Shown piece by piece: positions 1-9,605 of a stretch of 64,000 nt of DNA (positions within the stretch are counted from its first letter, which is position 1; every line of letters starts with the position of its first letter). Made by a program: the position numbers and the translations under genes. The stretch lies in the IMG/VR virus record IMGVR_UViG_3300008267_012518; one strand, written 5' to 3'. The notes below the pieces were generated by a model, which did not search any database, was not told the origin of the DNA, and worked only from the letters and a program-made list of their open reading frames with translations. The stretch comes from a virus.

Positions 1-2349
1 ACTTGCAGTTGCCAAAATAATATCTGTTGAACCTGTCCAAGTGGCTGAATTAACTTTACAAACAAGTCTGGGGAAATTTCCACTGTAAGTAGCTCCATCA
101 CCTATAACAGATTTTCTTACCCAAACACCAACTGTAATAGTTTTTCCAGTTTCTACTGGCACGTAAACAGGATTTGATTCTATTTTATAAGTTGCATTTA
201 ATGGTGATAACCTCAATGAGCTCGGAGAAGTTCTAAATATTGTTAAATCACTACGTATCGTCCCATTAAATTTATATATGAGGTGAGTACCATCAACCTG
301 ACCATCTCTAGCTGAGTAAACATAACTAGGTCTACTAAATAAAGTAGTCGGTGATTGAACTTTTGTCGTGGAAAGAAATGAACTATTTTTGAATATCAAT
401 TGACTGATAGCGCCAGTTTGAACTAATGATACATCCGCAGTCGAGTGGGTACTCATAATGAAATTTTCAAATGTAATTGGTACTAGGGGGTTTAAAGACC
501 TCACTCCTATTGGTGAAGCTTGCGTTGGTCCACCATAAAGGGTTGCACCTAAGAACCTAAAATCTCCAGATACGGATAAGTTAACATTAGCAGTTGCATT
601 TGAAAATGCTTCAAATTGTCCAATTATCCAACCCCAAGAATACCCAGTACCCGCCGCTCCCGCAAATCCAAACTGAGCGTTTAAATACATTCGATTATTG
701 GATATGTCATGTTGCTCACCGATATTGGTATAAGCGCCAGAATTCGGTGCAAAACTAATTCCATTAGTAGTGTTACACTTAAACACAGAATTTCTAATTA
801 TGATAGGACCAGTATCATAAGAACTATTATTTCCGAATAAAATACCAGATCCAGCGGAAGCGATAAATCTACAATTATCTATGGTGAAAGCATTGTTAGC
901 ACTTGGATAAGACCAGTTACTGACAGCCCTTATACCCCAAGAGTTAGTAAACTTTACAGTTGATTGTGTACTACTAACTAAGTTACCTGCTCCAAACATT
1001 GAGTTATAGTTGTGAAATACACAATCATCAAAACTCATAGTCACACCTGCCGGAATGGCACTATCGGTTATAAGATTTCTTGAGCTACTACCCCAAAAAG
1101 AACATCCTACAAAATTTATTAAACTAGTCGATGTTGTTTCGGTTGCTGAATTTGATATTGCACCAAAATTAAATTCAGTATAATCCATATCGATTGTTAT
1201 TTGACCATTATAAGTATGTAAAGAATCAACGGAGCTACTTAGCCCCCCCACAATCTTAACATTTCTAGTCAAATTAATTATTTCACAATCTGTATTAGCC
1301 CATATTGTTTTTGCATTTGATAATGTTCCAGTCAAGGTTATTGTTGTACCGGAAGCCGTTGCCGACATTGTAAGAAAGTTAAAACCAGCGGAACTATTTG
1401 TGGTTGGAGCAATAACGATGTTGTCACTTCGATTCCAACCAGTCGAAGTTGAAGTTGTTATTGATGAAGTACCCAAAGAAGCATTAGATCCAAGTAGTGC
1501 TCTACCACTTTTGGTTGCTCCATAACTATACAAATACCCAAATTGTCTAACATTAATTTGGAATTGATTGTTAGTTGACATTGTAAACCTTATCAAAGCT
1601 GAAGAACTTGATGGGATCGGATTTCCAGAAGTACCAATATTCAATATACCTCCACCCCCAATATTTATAGCACCATTACAAACCAATTGATATGATGTAC
1701 TTGCACTTATACCAAAGTTAACAATTCCCCTTCTACCAATTTCAAGAGATGGAAAAACAGCACTTGCACTTCCAAAAATTGTGGAGGTGGTGTTATTCAT
1801 TGTAACCGTGTAGTCAACACCAACTCCGGCAGCAGTGTGTTCTCCAGCAACAATTAGTGTGTCTGTAGAAGATGGTGTAGCATTTGTTGAAGTTACTAAA
1901 CATCTTATCCAGTTTGAACCAATTAAAGAATGCCCAAGTGAAACCTGTGAGGTCACTGATGTGGCTGCTTGAACATTATATGCAGTAGCAGCTAACAATG
2001 TAACCGGTGATGCAAACTTGAAATAACACCAATAAAAGGAGGTTGGTACTGAAAGAGTGGTTAGTGGTAAATCAGAAACATTTAAAGTAACTGTAGTACC
2101 AGTAACTGCAGATCCACCAGTAGATAACCTTATAGTTATAGTACCACTTGGACTAGCTACTCTACTCGTTACCTTTACTGCGATCCCTTCTACTGTAATA
2201 GCACCTGGAGTAAATGCACTAGAAGTTTGAAAGGTTGTTATAAGTGTTGTAGCACTAGTTTCTGTATTCGCAAATGATGTTGGATCAACTACTTTCCAAG
2301 TTGTTGATGTTGTCCAATCGCCTGATTGTACTGAAAATAAAACCGCCAT
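1..2349 (-). CDS. Large G8-domain/beta-helix protein (putative fibre or virion surface protein), runs off the left edge; not in ORF track
   Basis: Hand translation from ATG at 2349 (TAATG overlap with upstream stop) is open for 783 codons to position 1: MAVLFSVQSGDWTTSTTW..., GAINIGGGGILNIGTSGNPIP, GWNRSDNIVIAPT, EIINLTRNVKIVG (G8/PKHD1-like motifs), then beta-helix-like IDNCRF/IRNSVF repeats. Confidence 0.8.
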   Translation of the reverse strand, partial: MAVLFSVQSGDWTTSTTWKVVDPTSFANTETSATTLITTFQTSSAFTPGAITVEGIAVKVTSRVASPSGTITIRLSTGGSAVTGTTVTLNVSDLPLTTLSVPTSFYWCYFKFASPVTLLAATAYNVQAATSVTSQVSLGHSLIGSNWIRCLVTSTNATPSSTDTLIVAGEHTAAGVGVDYTVTMNNTTSTIFGSASAVFPSLEIGRRGIVNFGISASTSYQLVCNGAINIGGGGILNIGTSGNPIPSSSSALIRFTMSTNNQFQINVRQFGYLYSYGATKSGRALLGSNASLGTSSITTSTSTGWNRSDNIVIAPTTNSSAGFNFLTMSATASGTTITLTGTLSNAKTIWANTDCEIINLTRNVKIVGGLSSSVDSLHTYNGQITIDMDYTEFNFGAISNSATETTSTSLINFVGCSFWGSSSRNLITDSAIPAGVTMSFDDCVFHNYNSMFGAGNLVSSTQSTVKFTNSWGIRAVSNWSYPSANNAFTIDNCRFIASAGSGILFGNNSSYDTGPIIIRNSVFKCNTTNGISFAPNSGAYTNIGEQHDISNNRMYLNAQFGFAGAAGTGYSWGWIIGQFEAFSNATANVNLSVSGDFRFLGATLYGGPTQASPIGVRSLNPLVPITFENFIMSTHSTADVSLVQTGAISQLIFKNSSFLSTTKVQSPTTLFSRPSYVYSARDGQVDGTHLIYKFNGTIRSDLTIFRTSPSSLRLSPLNATYKIESNPVYVPVETGKTITVGVWVRKSVIGDGATYSGNFPRLVCKVNSATWTGSTDIILATAS

Positions 2350-2540
2350 TATAAATTCTCCCAATAGGTCGTAGCCTCATCAATTGAAAGCTGCTTCCAT
2401 AGTTCTATATTTTCGTCAGTTACCTTATCATCAGTAACTGATATTTCTTTGAAATAATACCTACCATCTTCATTATCTACACGAATGAAACATTCATAAA
2501 ATCCACCATATTGGTAAAAATTTGCAATCGAAGCTGTCAT
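2349..2540 (-). CDS. Small hypothetical protein (63 aa)
   Basis: ORF coupled by overlaps to both neighbours. Confidence 0.65.
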   Translation of the reverse strand: MTASIANFYQYGGFYECFIRVDNEDGRYYFKEISVTDDKVTDENIELWKQLSIDEATTYWENL

Positions 2541-5500
2541 GTTCTTTTTCCTATTAATTCTACCAACCCCGTAGAAGCCATAAAATATAAATGGGTTCTT
2601 GAATTAGCTGTGTAATTTAGATCTGTATCAATATCACCAGTATTATACTGCGTATCATATGATAAAGTTCTTGAACCAGTACCATCTTGTGTAACAATTA
2701 CACCAAAATATTTTACATCAGTCCCTGTTGGCATATTAGTTGGGTTTTCTAAAGTTCTATTACCTCCCAATGTAACACTAAATATGGAACTATTAGAGTC
2801 GGTTATATCAATCGAAATTGTAGCGGCATCTATCAAAACAGTAGGTGTGATACTTCCACCACCCCCACCACCTGATCCGGCTGGTCCTTGTGGACCAGTT
2901 GGGCCCTGAGAACCAGTTGATCCCTTAGCCGATAATTGATCCCACCCATTTGCTACAGAGGGTGTTACGGACAAAGGTCCCCCCGAATTATTATACCAGG
3001 TCTCACCATTATAGGTGACTATATCACCCACAGCATAAATACTTGGTGGTGCCTGCCAGGTACCTTGAAAATACCAATCTGGAGTTGTGCCACTATCACC
3101 TGCTGGACCTGTTGACCCCTGAGGGCCAGTGGGTCCTTGGGATCCAGTTGCACCAGTAGCACCTCTAGATCCTTGAGAACCAGTTGCACCACCGGATAAT
3201 TCCGAAATAGTATAGATAGAACCACTCGATAATGTACCACCACCTGAAACGAATGTTAAACCCCAATTCCAAGTAGGTGTAGGAATACCATGAGAAGTAA
3301 GACGATATATGCCATAATTTGAAGAATTTCCTACTTCTGATATTTGTGCAGTTATTGGCTTTGGTGCCAGATAGTCAGTGAAAATATTCACTAACCAATT
3401 ATAGATAATATTTCCATAAATATCTGTAGGATATCCTGTAGGGGATGGTGGTGAATTGAAACTAATACTTGAGATAGAGCTAAAACTATAACCACCTGAT
3501 GTACCAAAGTTAACATTAAAACTACCAGTCGCACTTGGTGTGCTCGAAGCGGAAGATCCAAATGAAAGCCTTACTGAATTTGGACCGTCAGATCCTGTTA
3601 ATCCAGTCGATCCTTGTGGACCAGTAGTTCCTTGAAATCCAGTTGATCCCTGAAAACCTTGAGGTCCTTGTGGACCAGTAGCACCAATTGACGATATAAC
3701 TAATATAACTTCGTGATTGTTTGGAAAATTAGTATATCCAAGACCAGTAGCAGTCACTAAACTTACTGGTATCTCTACATAAGTATTTGGTACTATAGTC
3801 AATGATCCATTAACTAACCATTGTTGGTAAGAGGTAGAATCATTTCTATCTTGGATAATTATTTTATCACCAGCAGATATTAATTCTAAAAATATATCTA
3901 CATCATCTCCTGACTCATCTATGTGTGACACGGATAATGCAGTAGCTGATATTTGTGTTGGGTTATTCCAAATTATATATCCTGTGGGTGCAACGTAACC
4001 ATCTACAAAATAAGAACCTGTTACATATGACTCTACAGTTGAACTAGTAATTGCTAAATAGTTGAAAAATTGATTCGACTGTCCTTTTTGACCCTGAGGA
4101 CCTTGTGGACCTGTATTTCCTTGAAATCCTTGTGGACCAGTAAATCCTTGTGGTCCGGTTGTTCCTTGGGTTCCTGTATTTCCTTGTGGACCAGTGTTTC
4201 CTTGGGTTCCAGTCGAACCTTGGGATCCACTACCTTGCGGACCTGTTTCACCTTGTGGTCCGGTTGTTCCTTGGTCACCAGTAAATCCTTGTGAACCAGT
4301 TACACCCTGATAACCTGTAAATCCTTGTGGACCTGTTGAACCTTGACTACCGGTGGGTCCAGTACTTCCGGAACCTGTTCCGCCACCCGCTGGACCTTGA
4401 GGACCTGTCGTACCCTGGGGACCGGTTGTTCCAGAACCTGTACCACCAGTTGATGGTTTAGCCTCCCATCTCGAATTTGTGCCACTCCATTGTAGAACAT
4501 CACCATCGTTTGGAGTTGTATAAAAGACATCATGTAATTCTTTTAATTCATATCCAGTATCAACCTTGACAAATATTTTCCCATTGTTTTGATGAGCATA
4601 TACCACATATCCAACAATTATTATGTGATTTGGAGCCTGTGGAATGACATTCGTTATACCACCTGGTACACTAGATGACAGATATAAAACATCTCCATCG
4701 GACCAAGATTCGCCATGAAAACTAGTAGCCGTGGTATTTATACCGTTAACAAGTCCAAAGGTAGTTATAAAACCTTCCTCATTATTTAATATTGTTTCAG
4801 TTACTATACCTAGTGTAGTAGTTGAGTCTGGATCATTATCACCTTGTGATAGAACAACTGCTAATCTTTGACCTTGAGAACCACCCTCAGTTGTTATACG
4901 TATCCTAACTACCTTATATTCTGATTCTAATAAATCACTGCCCGACTTATTAACTACTCTTACTACATTCTCTTGACCAATTTGAAGATTGACATTACCA
5001 CCCTTTAAACCTAAATTTAATGTACCATCAGTATCATTCCAATAAAGTCGACCTGGTGATGAGATAGATGTGCTCTGTGTGTAAAAATCTATATAATCTA
5101 AATTGGTAATCTCGTGGTTCAACATATTAATTGATGTTGAAGCGGTATTTCCCTGTGTCAAAACAATTGACAGTGATGGTGTAGGACCGAGTGGACCAGT
5201 CACTCCTTGATATCCTTGTGGACCAGTCACTCCTTGATATCCTTGTGGACCACCAGCGGGCCCAGATGGTCCAGCTGGACCTTGATTACCAGCACCGCCA
5301 CCAATAATTATTGTACCACTTAATGTAGCACCAAAATTTATATCGATTGAATATGTGGATGTGTGTATAATGGAAGCGGGAAAGATATTGTTTCCCAAAT
5401 CATCAATAATTTGAACCAATGGATAAGAACCACTACTGTGTGTGACAGTTATATTATCAACAAGTATGAATGGGATATTTAATGAAGGAGCAGCTGAAGG

Positions 5501-5773
5501 ACCAGTAACACCCTGTGATCCGGTAACACCTTGTATTCCTGTAGATCCTTGTGGTCCGGTAGATCCTTGTGACCCATCTATACCAGTAGATCCAGCATCT
5601 CCTACTGGTCCTTGTGGGCCAGTAGGACCCACATCTCCTTGAGGTCCAACTGAAACAGAACCTATTATAGAAAAAAGTTCGTTACCAAACCCATCATAAT
5701 AGGTATCACCTATTACTTGCACTAATCTACCATAAGTTGAGGACACCGTTTGACCGGTTAAACTATATGTCAT
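2537..5773 (-). CDS. Collagen-like (Gly-X-Y) tail-fibre/virion fibre protein
   Basis: About six GXY blocks dominated by GxT-GxQ; CBM5/12-like WQAPPSIYAVGDIVTYNGETWY segment; fibre-type C-terminus (VTLGGNRTLENPTN...TQDGTGSRTL). Confidence 0.85.
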   Translation of the reverse strand: MTYSLTGQTVSSTYGRLVQVIGDTYYDGFGNELFSIIGSVSVGPQGDVGPTGPQGPVGDAGSTGIDGSQGSTGPQGSTGIQGVTGSQGVTGPSAAPSLNIPFILVDNITVTHSSGSYPLVQIIDDLGNNIFPASIIHTSTYSIDINFGATLSGTIIIGGGAGNQGPAGPSGPAGGPQGYQGVTGPQGYQGVTGPLGPTPSLSIVLTQGNTASTSINMLNHEITNLDYIDFYTQSTSISSPGRLYWNDTDGTLNLGLKGGNVNLQIGQENVVRVVNKSGSDLLESEYKVVRIRITTEGGSQGQRLAVVLSQGDNDPDSTTTLGIVTETILNNEEGFITTFGLVNGINTTATSFHGESWSDGDVLYLSSSVPGGITNVIPQAPNHIIIVGYVVYAHQNNGKIFVKVDTGYELKELHDVFYTTPNDGDVLQWSGTNSRWEAKPSTGGTGSGTTGPQGTTGPQGPAGGGTGSGSTGPTGSQGSTGPQGFTGYQGVTGSQGFTGDQGTTGPQGETGPQGSGSQGSTGTQGNTGPQGNTGTQGTTGPQGFTGPQGFQGNTGPQGPQGQKGQSNQFFNYLAITSSTVESYVTGSYFVDGYVAPTGYIIWNNPTQISATALSVSHIDESGDDVDIFLELISAGDKIIIQDRNDSTSYQQWLVNGSLTIVPNTYVEIPVSLVTATGLGYTNFPNNHEVILVISSIGATGPQGPQGFQGSTGFQGTTGPQGSTGLTGSDGPNSVRLSFGSSASSTPSATGSFNVNFGTSGGYSFSSISSISFNSPPSPTGYPTDIYGNIIYNWLVNIFTDYLAPKPITAQISEVGNSSNYGIYRLTSHGIPTPTWNWGLTFVSGGGTLSSGSIYTISELSGGATGSQGSRGATGATGSQGPTGPQGSTGPAGDSGTTPDWYFQGTWQAPPSIYAVGDIVTYNGETWYNNSGGPLSVTPSVANGWDQLSAKGSTGSQGPTGPQGPAGSGGGGGGSITPTVLIDAATISIDITDSNSSIFSVTLGGNRTLENPTNMPTGTDVKYFGVIVTQDGTGSRTLSYDTQYNTGDIDTDLNYTANSRTHLYFMASTGLVELIGKRT
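5191..5252. repeat. Exact 27-nt tandem duplication within collagen gene
   Basis: gtggaccagtcactccttgatatcctt x2 plus a partial copy; encodes GPQGYQGVT repeats. Confidence 0.9.
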
Positions 5774-5780
5774 ATCCTAT

Positions 5781-5789
5781 TATATATTA
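5781..5789 (-). promoter_or_regulatory. Putative late promoter TAATATATA (collagen gene)
   Basis: Motif 7 nt upstream of ATG 5773; recurs before structural genes. Confidence 0.55.
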
Positions 5790-5816
5790 ACAATAGTCCC
5801 TTGGAAAGGGATACTA

Positions 5817-5824
5817 AATATATA
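5817..5824 (+). promoter_or_regulatory. Putative late promoter AATATATA
   Basis: 5 nt upstream of ATG 5830; small inverted repeat tccctt-gga-aaggga (5797-5811) lies between the divergent motifs. Confidence 0.5.
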
Positions 5825-5829
5825 CGGTA

Positions 5830-6168
5830 ATGGCGACTAAAGTTTTTCTTGAATGGGAAAATGTTAATTTTACTTGGGATAACCTAGATATGTTATGGGA
5901 AGATGTTGCCATACTAATTGAGGTAGGACAAGTCGTAAAAAAAGGTGGTGGTGGACTTGCTGAATATGTCCGTGGTAATCCTTGGGATGTTACAAAAAGA
6001 GAATTAGGTGAGGAGAAAACTAAAAAATTCATTAAGATATTTTGTAGAGTAAATAATTTGGATTTTGAGGAAGTTATTGAACCGAATTCGAAAGTCAAAG
6101 TCACGGTCGAACAAATGGAAAAAACGCTTAATGAGTCTCTTAAAATAGGCGTAAAAATTGACTTTTAA
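5830..6168 (+). CDS. Hypothetical protein (112 aa)
   Basis: ORF track; preceded by AATATATA. Confidence 0.8.
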   Translation: MATKVFLEWENVNFTWDNLDMLWEDVAILIEVGQVVKKGGGGLAEYVRGNPWDVTKRELGEEKTKKFIKIFCRVNNLDFEEVIEPNSKVKVTVEQMEKTLNESLKIGVKIDF

Positions 6169-6171
6169 AAA

Positions 6172-6180
6172 TAATATATA
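6172..6180 (+). promoter_or_regulatory. Putative late promoter TAATATATA
   Basis: 5 nt upstream of ATG 6186. Confidence 0.55.
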
Positions 6181-6185
6181 ATCTT

Positions 6186-6869
6186 ATGGAAAACAAGGAC
6201 ATTATCAACTTTTCTAAATTCTTTGAGTCATCTGGTAAGACCAATACATTCAAAAGAGAAGATTTTTCTGATTTTTTTGTGAATGATAATGAAACAGAAA
6301 CAGAAAATGAATCCAAGAGTGAGATAGAATTCGATCCTTCTAAAATATTCAAAATTGAAGAACCTGAGTTACAAGAACCATTTGATCCACCCATCAAACC
6401 AGAGGAATTTGTCATTGACGAAGAGGATCCTGAGGAACTTGATTTTGAAGAATCATTACCAGAACCCAAACATAAAATTAAGGAAAACGTTTCTAATGAC
6501 GATTTCTATGCTGTTTATAAAGATAAATCGGAAAATTTCTCTTGTGATGTTTTAGTTGAAGGTGCTAGTATAAATGACACTCAAGCAAGACTTATTTTAG
6601 AATCTGATGATTGGACTTTAATGTTCGAGGGTGATATTGATAGAAATGGAAAATGTACTATACCTATCAAAAAACTTAACATCCTTAACGAAGGTACTAT
6701 GGGTAGAATTAGATTGGAGGTTATCGCTGATAATACTGTTTTTATTCCTTGGGAAGATGATTTCAAGGTAAAGATGAGTAAGAGAGTAACGGTTCAGGTT
6801 AATGAAGGTAGGAGAAATCAACCAGTACGTCAAAATAGAGAATCCAACGTCAAAGTTAAACTTAGATAA
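6186..6869 (+). CDS. Acidic hypothetical protein (227 aa), possible internal head protein
   Basis: Very acidic N-half; N-terminal INFSKFFES motif. Confidence 0.75.
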   Translation: MENKDIINFSKFFESSGKTNTFKREDFSDFFVNDNETETENESKSEIEFDPSKIFKIEEPELQEPFDPPIKPEEFVIDEEDPEELDFEESLPEPKHKIKENVSNDDFYAVYKDKSENFSCDVLVEGASINDTQARLILESDDWTLMFEGDIDRNGKCTIPIKKLNILNEGTMGRIRLEVIADNTVFIPWEDDFKVKMSKRVTVQVNEGRRNQPVRQNRESNVKVKLR

Positions 6870-7117
6870 TGAAACATCTTCTTAGATTTGAAGAATTAAG
6901 TGAGGGGGCTCTACCTAGAAAATCAACAGTATCACAACTGAAAAGATTGAGGAAACTCACCAAGGGCACCGACATCGGTGATAAAATTTCCGATATGAAC
7001 AAACAAGGTGCAAATATTCATTACATACACAATCCTGTAGATACTGGTGTAGAATCATATGAGGACTATATTAGTAAAGCTGAACCACAAAAAATTGTAT
7101 CTAGTAAATCCAAATGA
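6869..7117 (+). CDS. Hypothetical protein (82 aa), possible internal head protein
   Basis: Coupled ORF; N-terminus MKHLLRFEELSE. Confidence 0.7.
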   Translation: MKHLLRFEELSEGALPRKSTVSQLKRLRKLTKGTDIGDKISDMNKQGANIHYIHNPVDTGVESYEDYISKAEPQKIVSSKSK

Positions 7118-7662
7118 TTATTAAAACATTTGAAAAATTTATTCTTTTTTTGGAAAAGGATTCGAAAATGTATGAGTATGGGTGTTTGATGGTTTATTTA
7201 AATTTACCATATTGGGATCAATTTTTATCAAAAATCCAACCTGAGGACTTATATCAAACAGATAACGATAGGTATGGTTTAGAAACAGAACCACATTGTA
7301 CTATTTTGTATGGTATACACTCAGATGTAAATGATGAAGATGTATTCAAATTATTTGATGGAATTAAAAAATCCGACTTTGATTTATCGATAGATGGTAT
7401 TGATTGTTTTTATAATAAAGACTATGATGTTTTGAAAATGAATGTGAAATCTGAAAAACTAAATGAATTAAATTCTCTCGCAAAATCATTACCACACACA
7501 TCACATTTCCAAGACTATAAACCACATTTAACTCTAGCTTATTTACAAAAAGGAGAAGGAAGAAAATACATAGATCCAACTTTCATGATGGAAATTAATA
7601 GTATTGACAAAATAGTATATTCTAAACCAAGTGGTGAAAAGATTGATATTACCCTTTTATAG
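7114..7662 (+). CDS. 2H phosphoesterase (2'-5' RNA ligase superfamily), Acb1/T4 gp57B-like
   Basis: Two HxT motifs: EPHCTILYG and DYKPHLTLAY. Confidence 0.8.
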   Translation: MIIKTFEKFILFLEKDSKMYEYGCLMVYLNLPYWDQFLSKIQPEDLYQTDNDRYGLETEPHCTILYGIHSDVNDEDVFKLFDGIKKSDFDLSIDGIDCFYNKDYDVLKMNVKSEKLNELNSLAKSLPHTSHFQDYKPHLTLAYLQKGEGRKYIDPTFMMEINSIDKIVYSKPSGEKIDITLL

Positions 7663-7730
7663 GATTTGGATGGTATATTCCAAATATTCTAACAACCGAA
7701 TCGAGACCAGAAAAAACTGGTAAGAAACCA

Positions 7731-7757
7731 AAACTTTTACTCCCCACCAACTATAAA
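7731..7757 (+). promoter_or_regulatory. Putative phage-sigma promoter AAACTT-N15-TATAAA (SSB gene)
   Basis: aaactt ttactccccaccaac tataaa. Confidence 0.6.
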
Positions 7758-7809
7758 TATTAACCATACGAAATACGTATTGGTATAAATAAAAATTAAT
7801 AAAAAAATT

Positions 7810-8760
7810 ATGGCAAATTTAAATGAAATGGATGATTTATTTGGAGGCAATCTAGACAGTAAAATGGACTTCCTAAATGAAAAGAAAAGTGTAAATGCTG
7901 ATGGTATTTATCGTATTGATCTTACCAAAGCAAAAGACAAAAAGAAAGGATATAAATCTATTATTAGATTTCTACCCAATCTGACCAAAGAAGGAAAAGT
8001 TGGTCAAGCCGCAATTGAAAAAATTGCACATTATGTAGACATCAAAAATCAAAAAGAAATCTCTGGTTGGTTTGACTCAGCTAAGAACTTCAATGAGAAA
8101 TGTCCACTTACTGACCTTTATTACAGTATGGTTAATTCTAAAAACGCAATTCTCCAAGAGAAGGCAAAAAGTCTGAAATACACCAAGAAATACTATTCAT
8201 ATTGTTTGGTTATTGAAGATGAACAACAACCAGAACTAGTCGGTAAAATTATGATTTTCCAATATGGAAAAACTATTAAGGATAAAATCGCAGCTGAGCG
8301 AAATGGTGAAATCACTGGTGTTCCTTGTAACGTATTCGATCTTTCTCAAGGTAAAGATTTTGTAATCCTCGTTAAAGAAATTTCTACTGGTGATGAAAGT
8401 TATCCAGACTATAAGAACTCTATGTTCAAACCAGAAATGACTTCTCTCCCAATCTACAACGAAGAGAAGAGTGTTTTCAAAAATGTACCTGTATCTGATG
8501 GTAAAGTTGACGCTAGGGCTCAAGGTATGGTTAAAGATTTCCTTATGAAGAGGGATCACGACTTAGAAGAATTCGCACCAAAGAAACTTACCGATGAGCA
8601 GTTAGTTAAAGTAAATCAGATCACTGCTTATCTTACTGGTAAATCAAGTGGTAATTCTTTCTCAAATGCACCGAGTTCAGATGATTTTGAACTAGAGGGT
8701 ATGGTCACTTCTGGTACTAAAGCCACAGAAGATGAGGATGATTTTTTCTCTGATTTCTAA
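7810..8760 (+). CDS. Single-stranded DNA-binding protein, T4 gp32-like
   Basis: IIRFLPN, EKCPL, YYSYCLVIEDEQQPELVGKIMIFQYGKTIKDKI, FDLSQGKDF, YPDY motifs; acidic tail EDEDDFFSDF. Confidence 0.85.
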   Translation: MANLNEMDDLFGGNLDSKMDFLNEKKSVNADGIYRIDLTKAKDKKKGYKSIIRFLPNLTKEGKVGQAAIEKIAHYVDIKNQKEISGWFDSAKNFNEKCPLTDLYYSMVNSKNAILQEKAKSLKYTKKYYSYCLVIEDEQQPELVGKIMIFQYGKTIKDKIAAERNGEITGVPCNVFDLSQGKDFVILVKEISTGDESYPDYKNSMFKPEMTSLPIYNEEKSVFKNVPVSDGKVDARAQGMVKDFLMKRDHDLEEFAPKKLTDEQLVKVNQITAYLTGKSSGNSFSNAPSSDDFELEGMVTSGTKATEDEDDFFSDF

Positions 8761-8765
8761 TAAAT

Positions 8766-8798
8766 AAAAAAAGGGGGAGTGTTTCTACACCCCCCTTT
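8766..8798 (+). terminator. Intrinsic terminator-like hairpin
   Basis: aaaggggg(a)gtgt-ttct-acaccccccttt directly after the SSB stop. Confidence 0.7.
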
Positions 8799-8810
8799 AT
8801 AATTTTTAAT

Positions 8811-9605
8811 ATGAAAAATCGAAAATTCAAAGACTTGTCTAATGATCGAGTTGTCAAGGTAACTGATCAATTCGAAGACATCATAATTTTAGATGGTAAA
8901 AATAAAATTAGAATGAACCAATTACTAGATAAAAGACTTTTCGAGGAATATGTTGATCCATCATCTTTCTTCAATAATGAGGGTTTGATAAACTCTTTTG
9001 CGGAACAGATTAAAAAGATACCGTTAGACGATTGGAATAATCGAATACCGGCCGAAGAAATGGGTTACGAAAATAAAGATTTATATCCCAATATGAATGA
9101 AAGTGCTGTTGTACCATATGATCCAGAAATCGAAAAACAAGAATTATTGAGAAAGGCTCAAACAGTTTACAACATGGGTAACACAAATGACCTATTGCAA
9201 AAACAAAAAGAATCTCTTAGGGATATACTGGAAGAAGACGATGAAATATCTCAAACTATAACAAACACTCAGAACATCTCTGTTACATCACAACAAGTTA
9301 GGATGGAAAATATACAACAAGAAACAATACAAGAAAAGAAAATGGATCCCATCCTAGAAATGTTTAAAAATGTAAAAAGGAACACAAGTTTCAAAATAGA
9401 GTTCACTGTTGAAAATAAAATACCAAGAGTTGACTTTATCGAAATGATGGAAGATTCTTACAATACTAGTATCATAGATTTTTTAGCTCAGGAATTCACA
9501 GATGATATCCTCAGAGATCCAACAATTATCAAGGAAAGAATCAAGAAAAAACTAACTGACTTGGTATACCCAGAGGTCGAAAATTTAAAGAAAAGTCATG
9601 ATTGA
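8811..9605 (+). CDS. Hypothetical protein (264 aa)
   Basis: ORF track, no recognisable motif. Confidence 0.8.
   Translation: MKNRKFKDLSNDRVVKVTDQFEDIIILDGKNKIRMNQLLDKRLFEEYVDPSSFFNNEGLINSFAEQIKKIPLDDWNNRIPAEEMGYENKDLYPNMNESAVVPYDPEIEKQELLRKAQTVYNMGNTNDLLQKQKESLRDILEEDDEISQTITNTQNISVTSQQVRMENIQQETIQEKKMDPILEMFKNVKRNTSFKIEFTVENKIPRVDFIEMMEDSYNTSIIDFLAQEFTDDILRDPTIIKERIKKKLTDLVYPEVENLKKSHD

Noticed and set aside
2860-5660. CRISPR array or DGR template in the repetitive DNA
   Set aside because: Repeats are degenerate 9/18-nt codon repeats of collagen GXY with no spacers; no reverse transcriptase or cas gene is in the window
7752-7791. T4-type late promoter TATAAATA (also at 54247)
   Set aside because: Two of the three copies are the -10 half of the AAACTT-N15-TATAAA motif and precede non-structural genes; structural genes carry ATATATA instead
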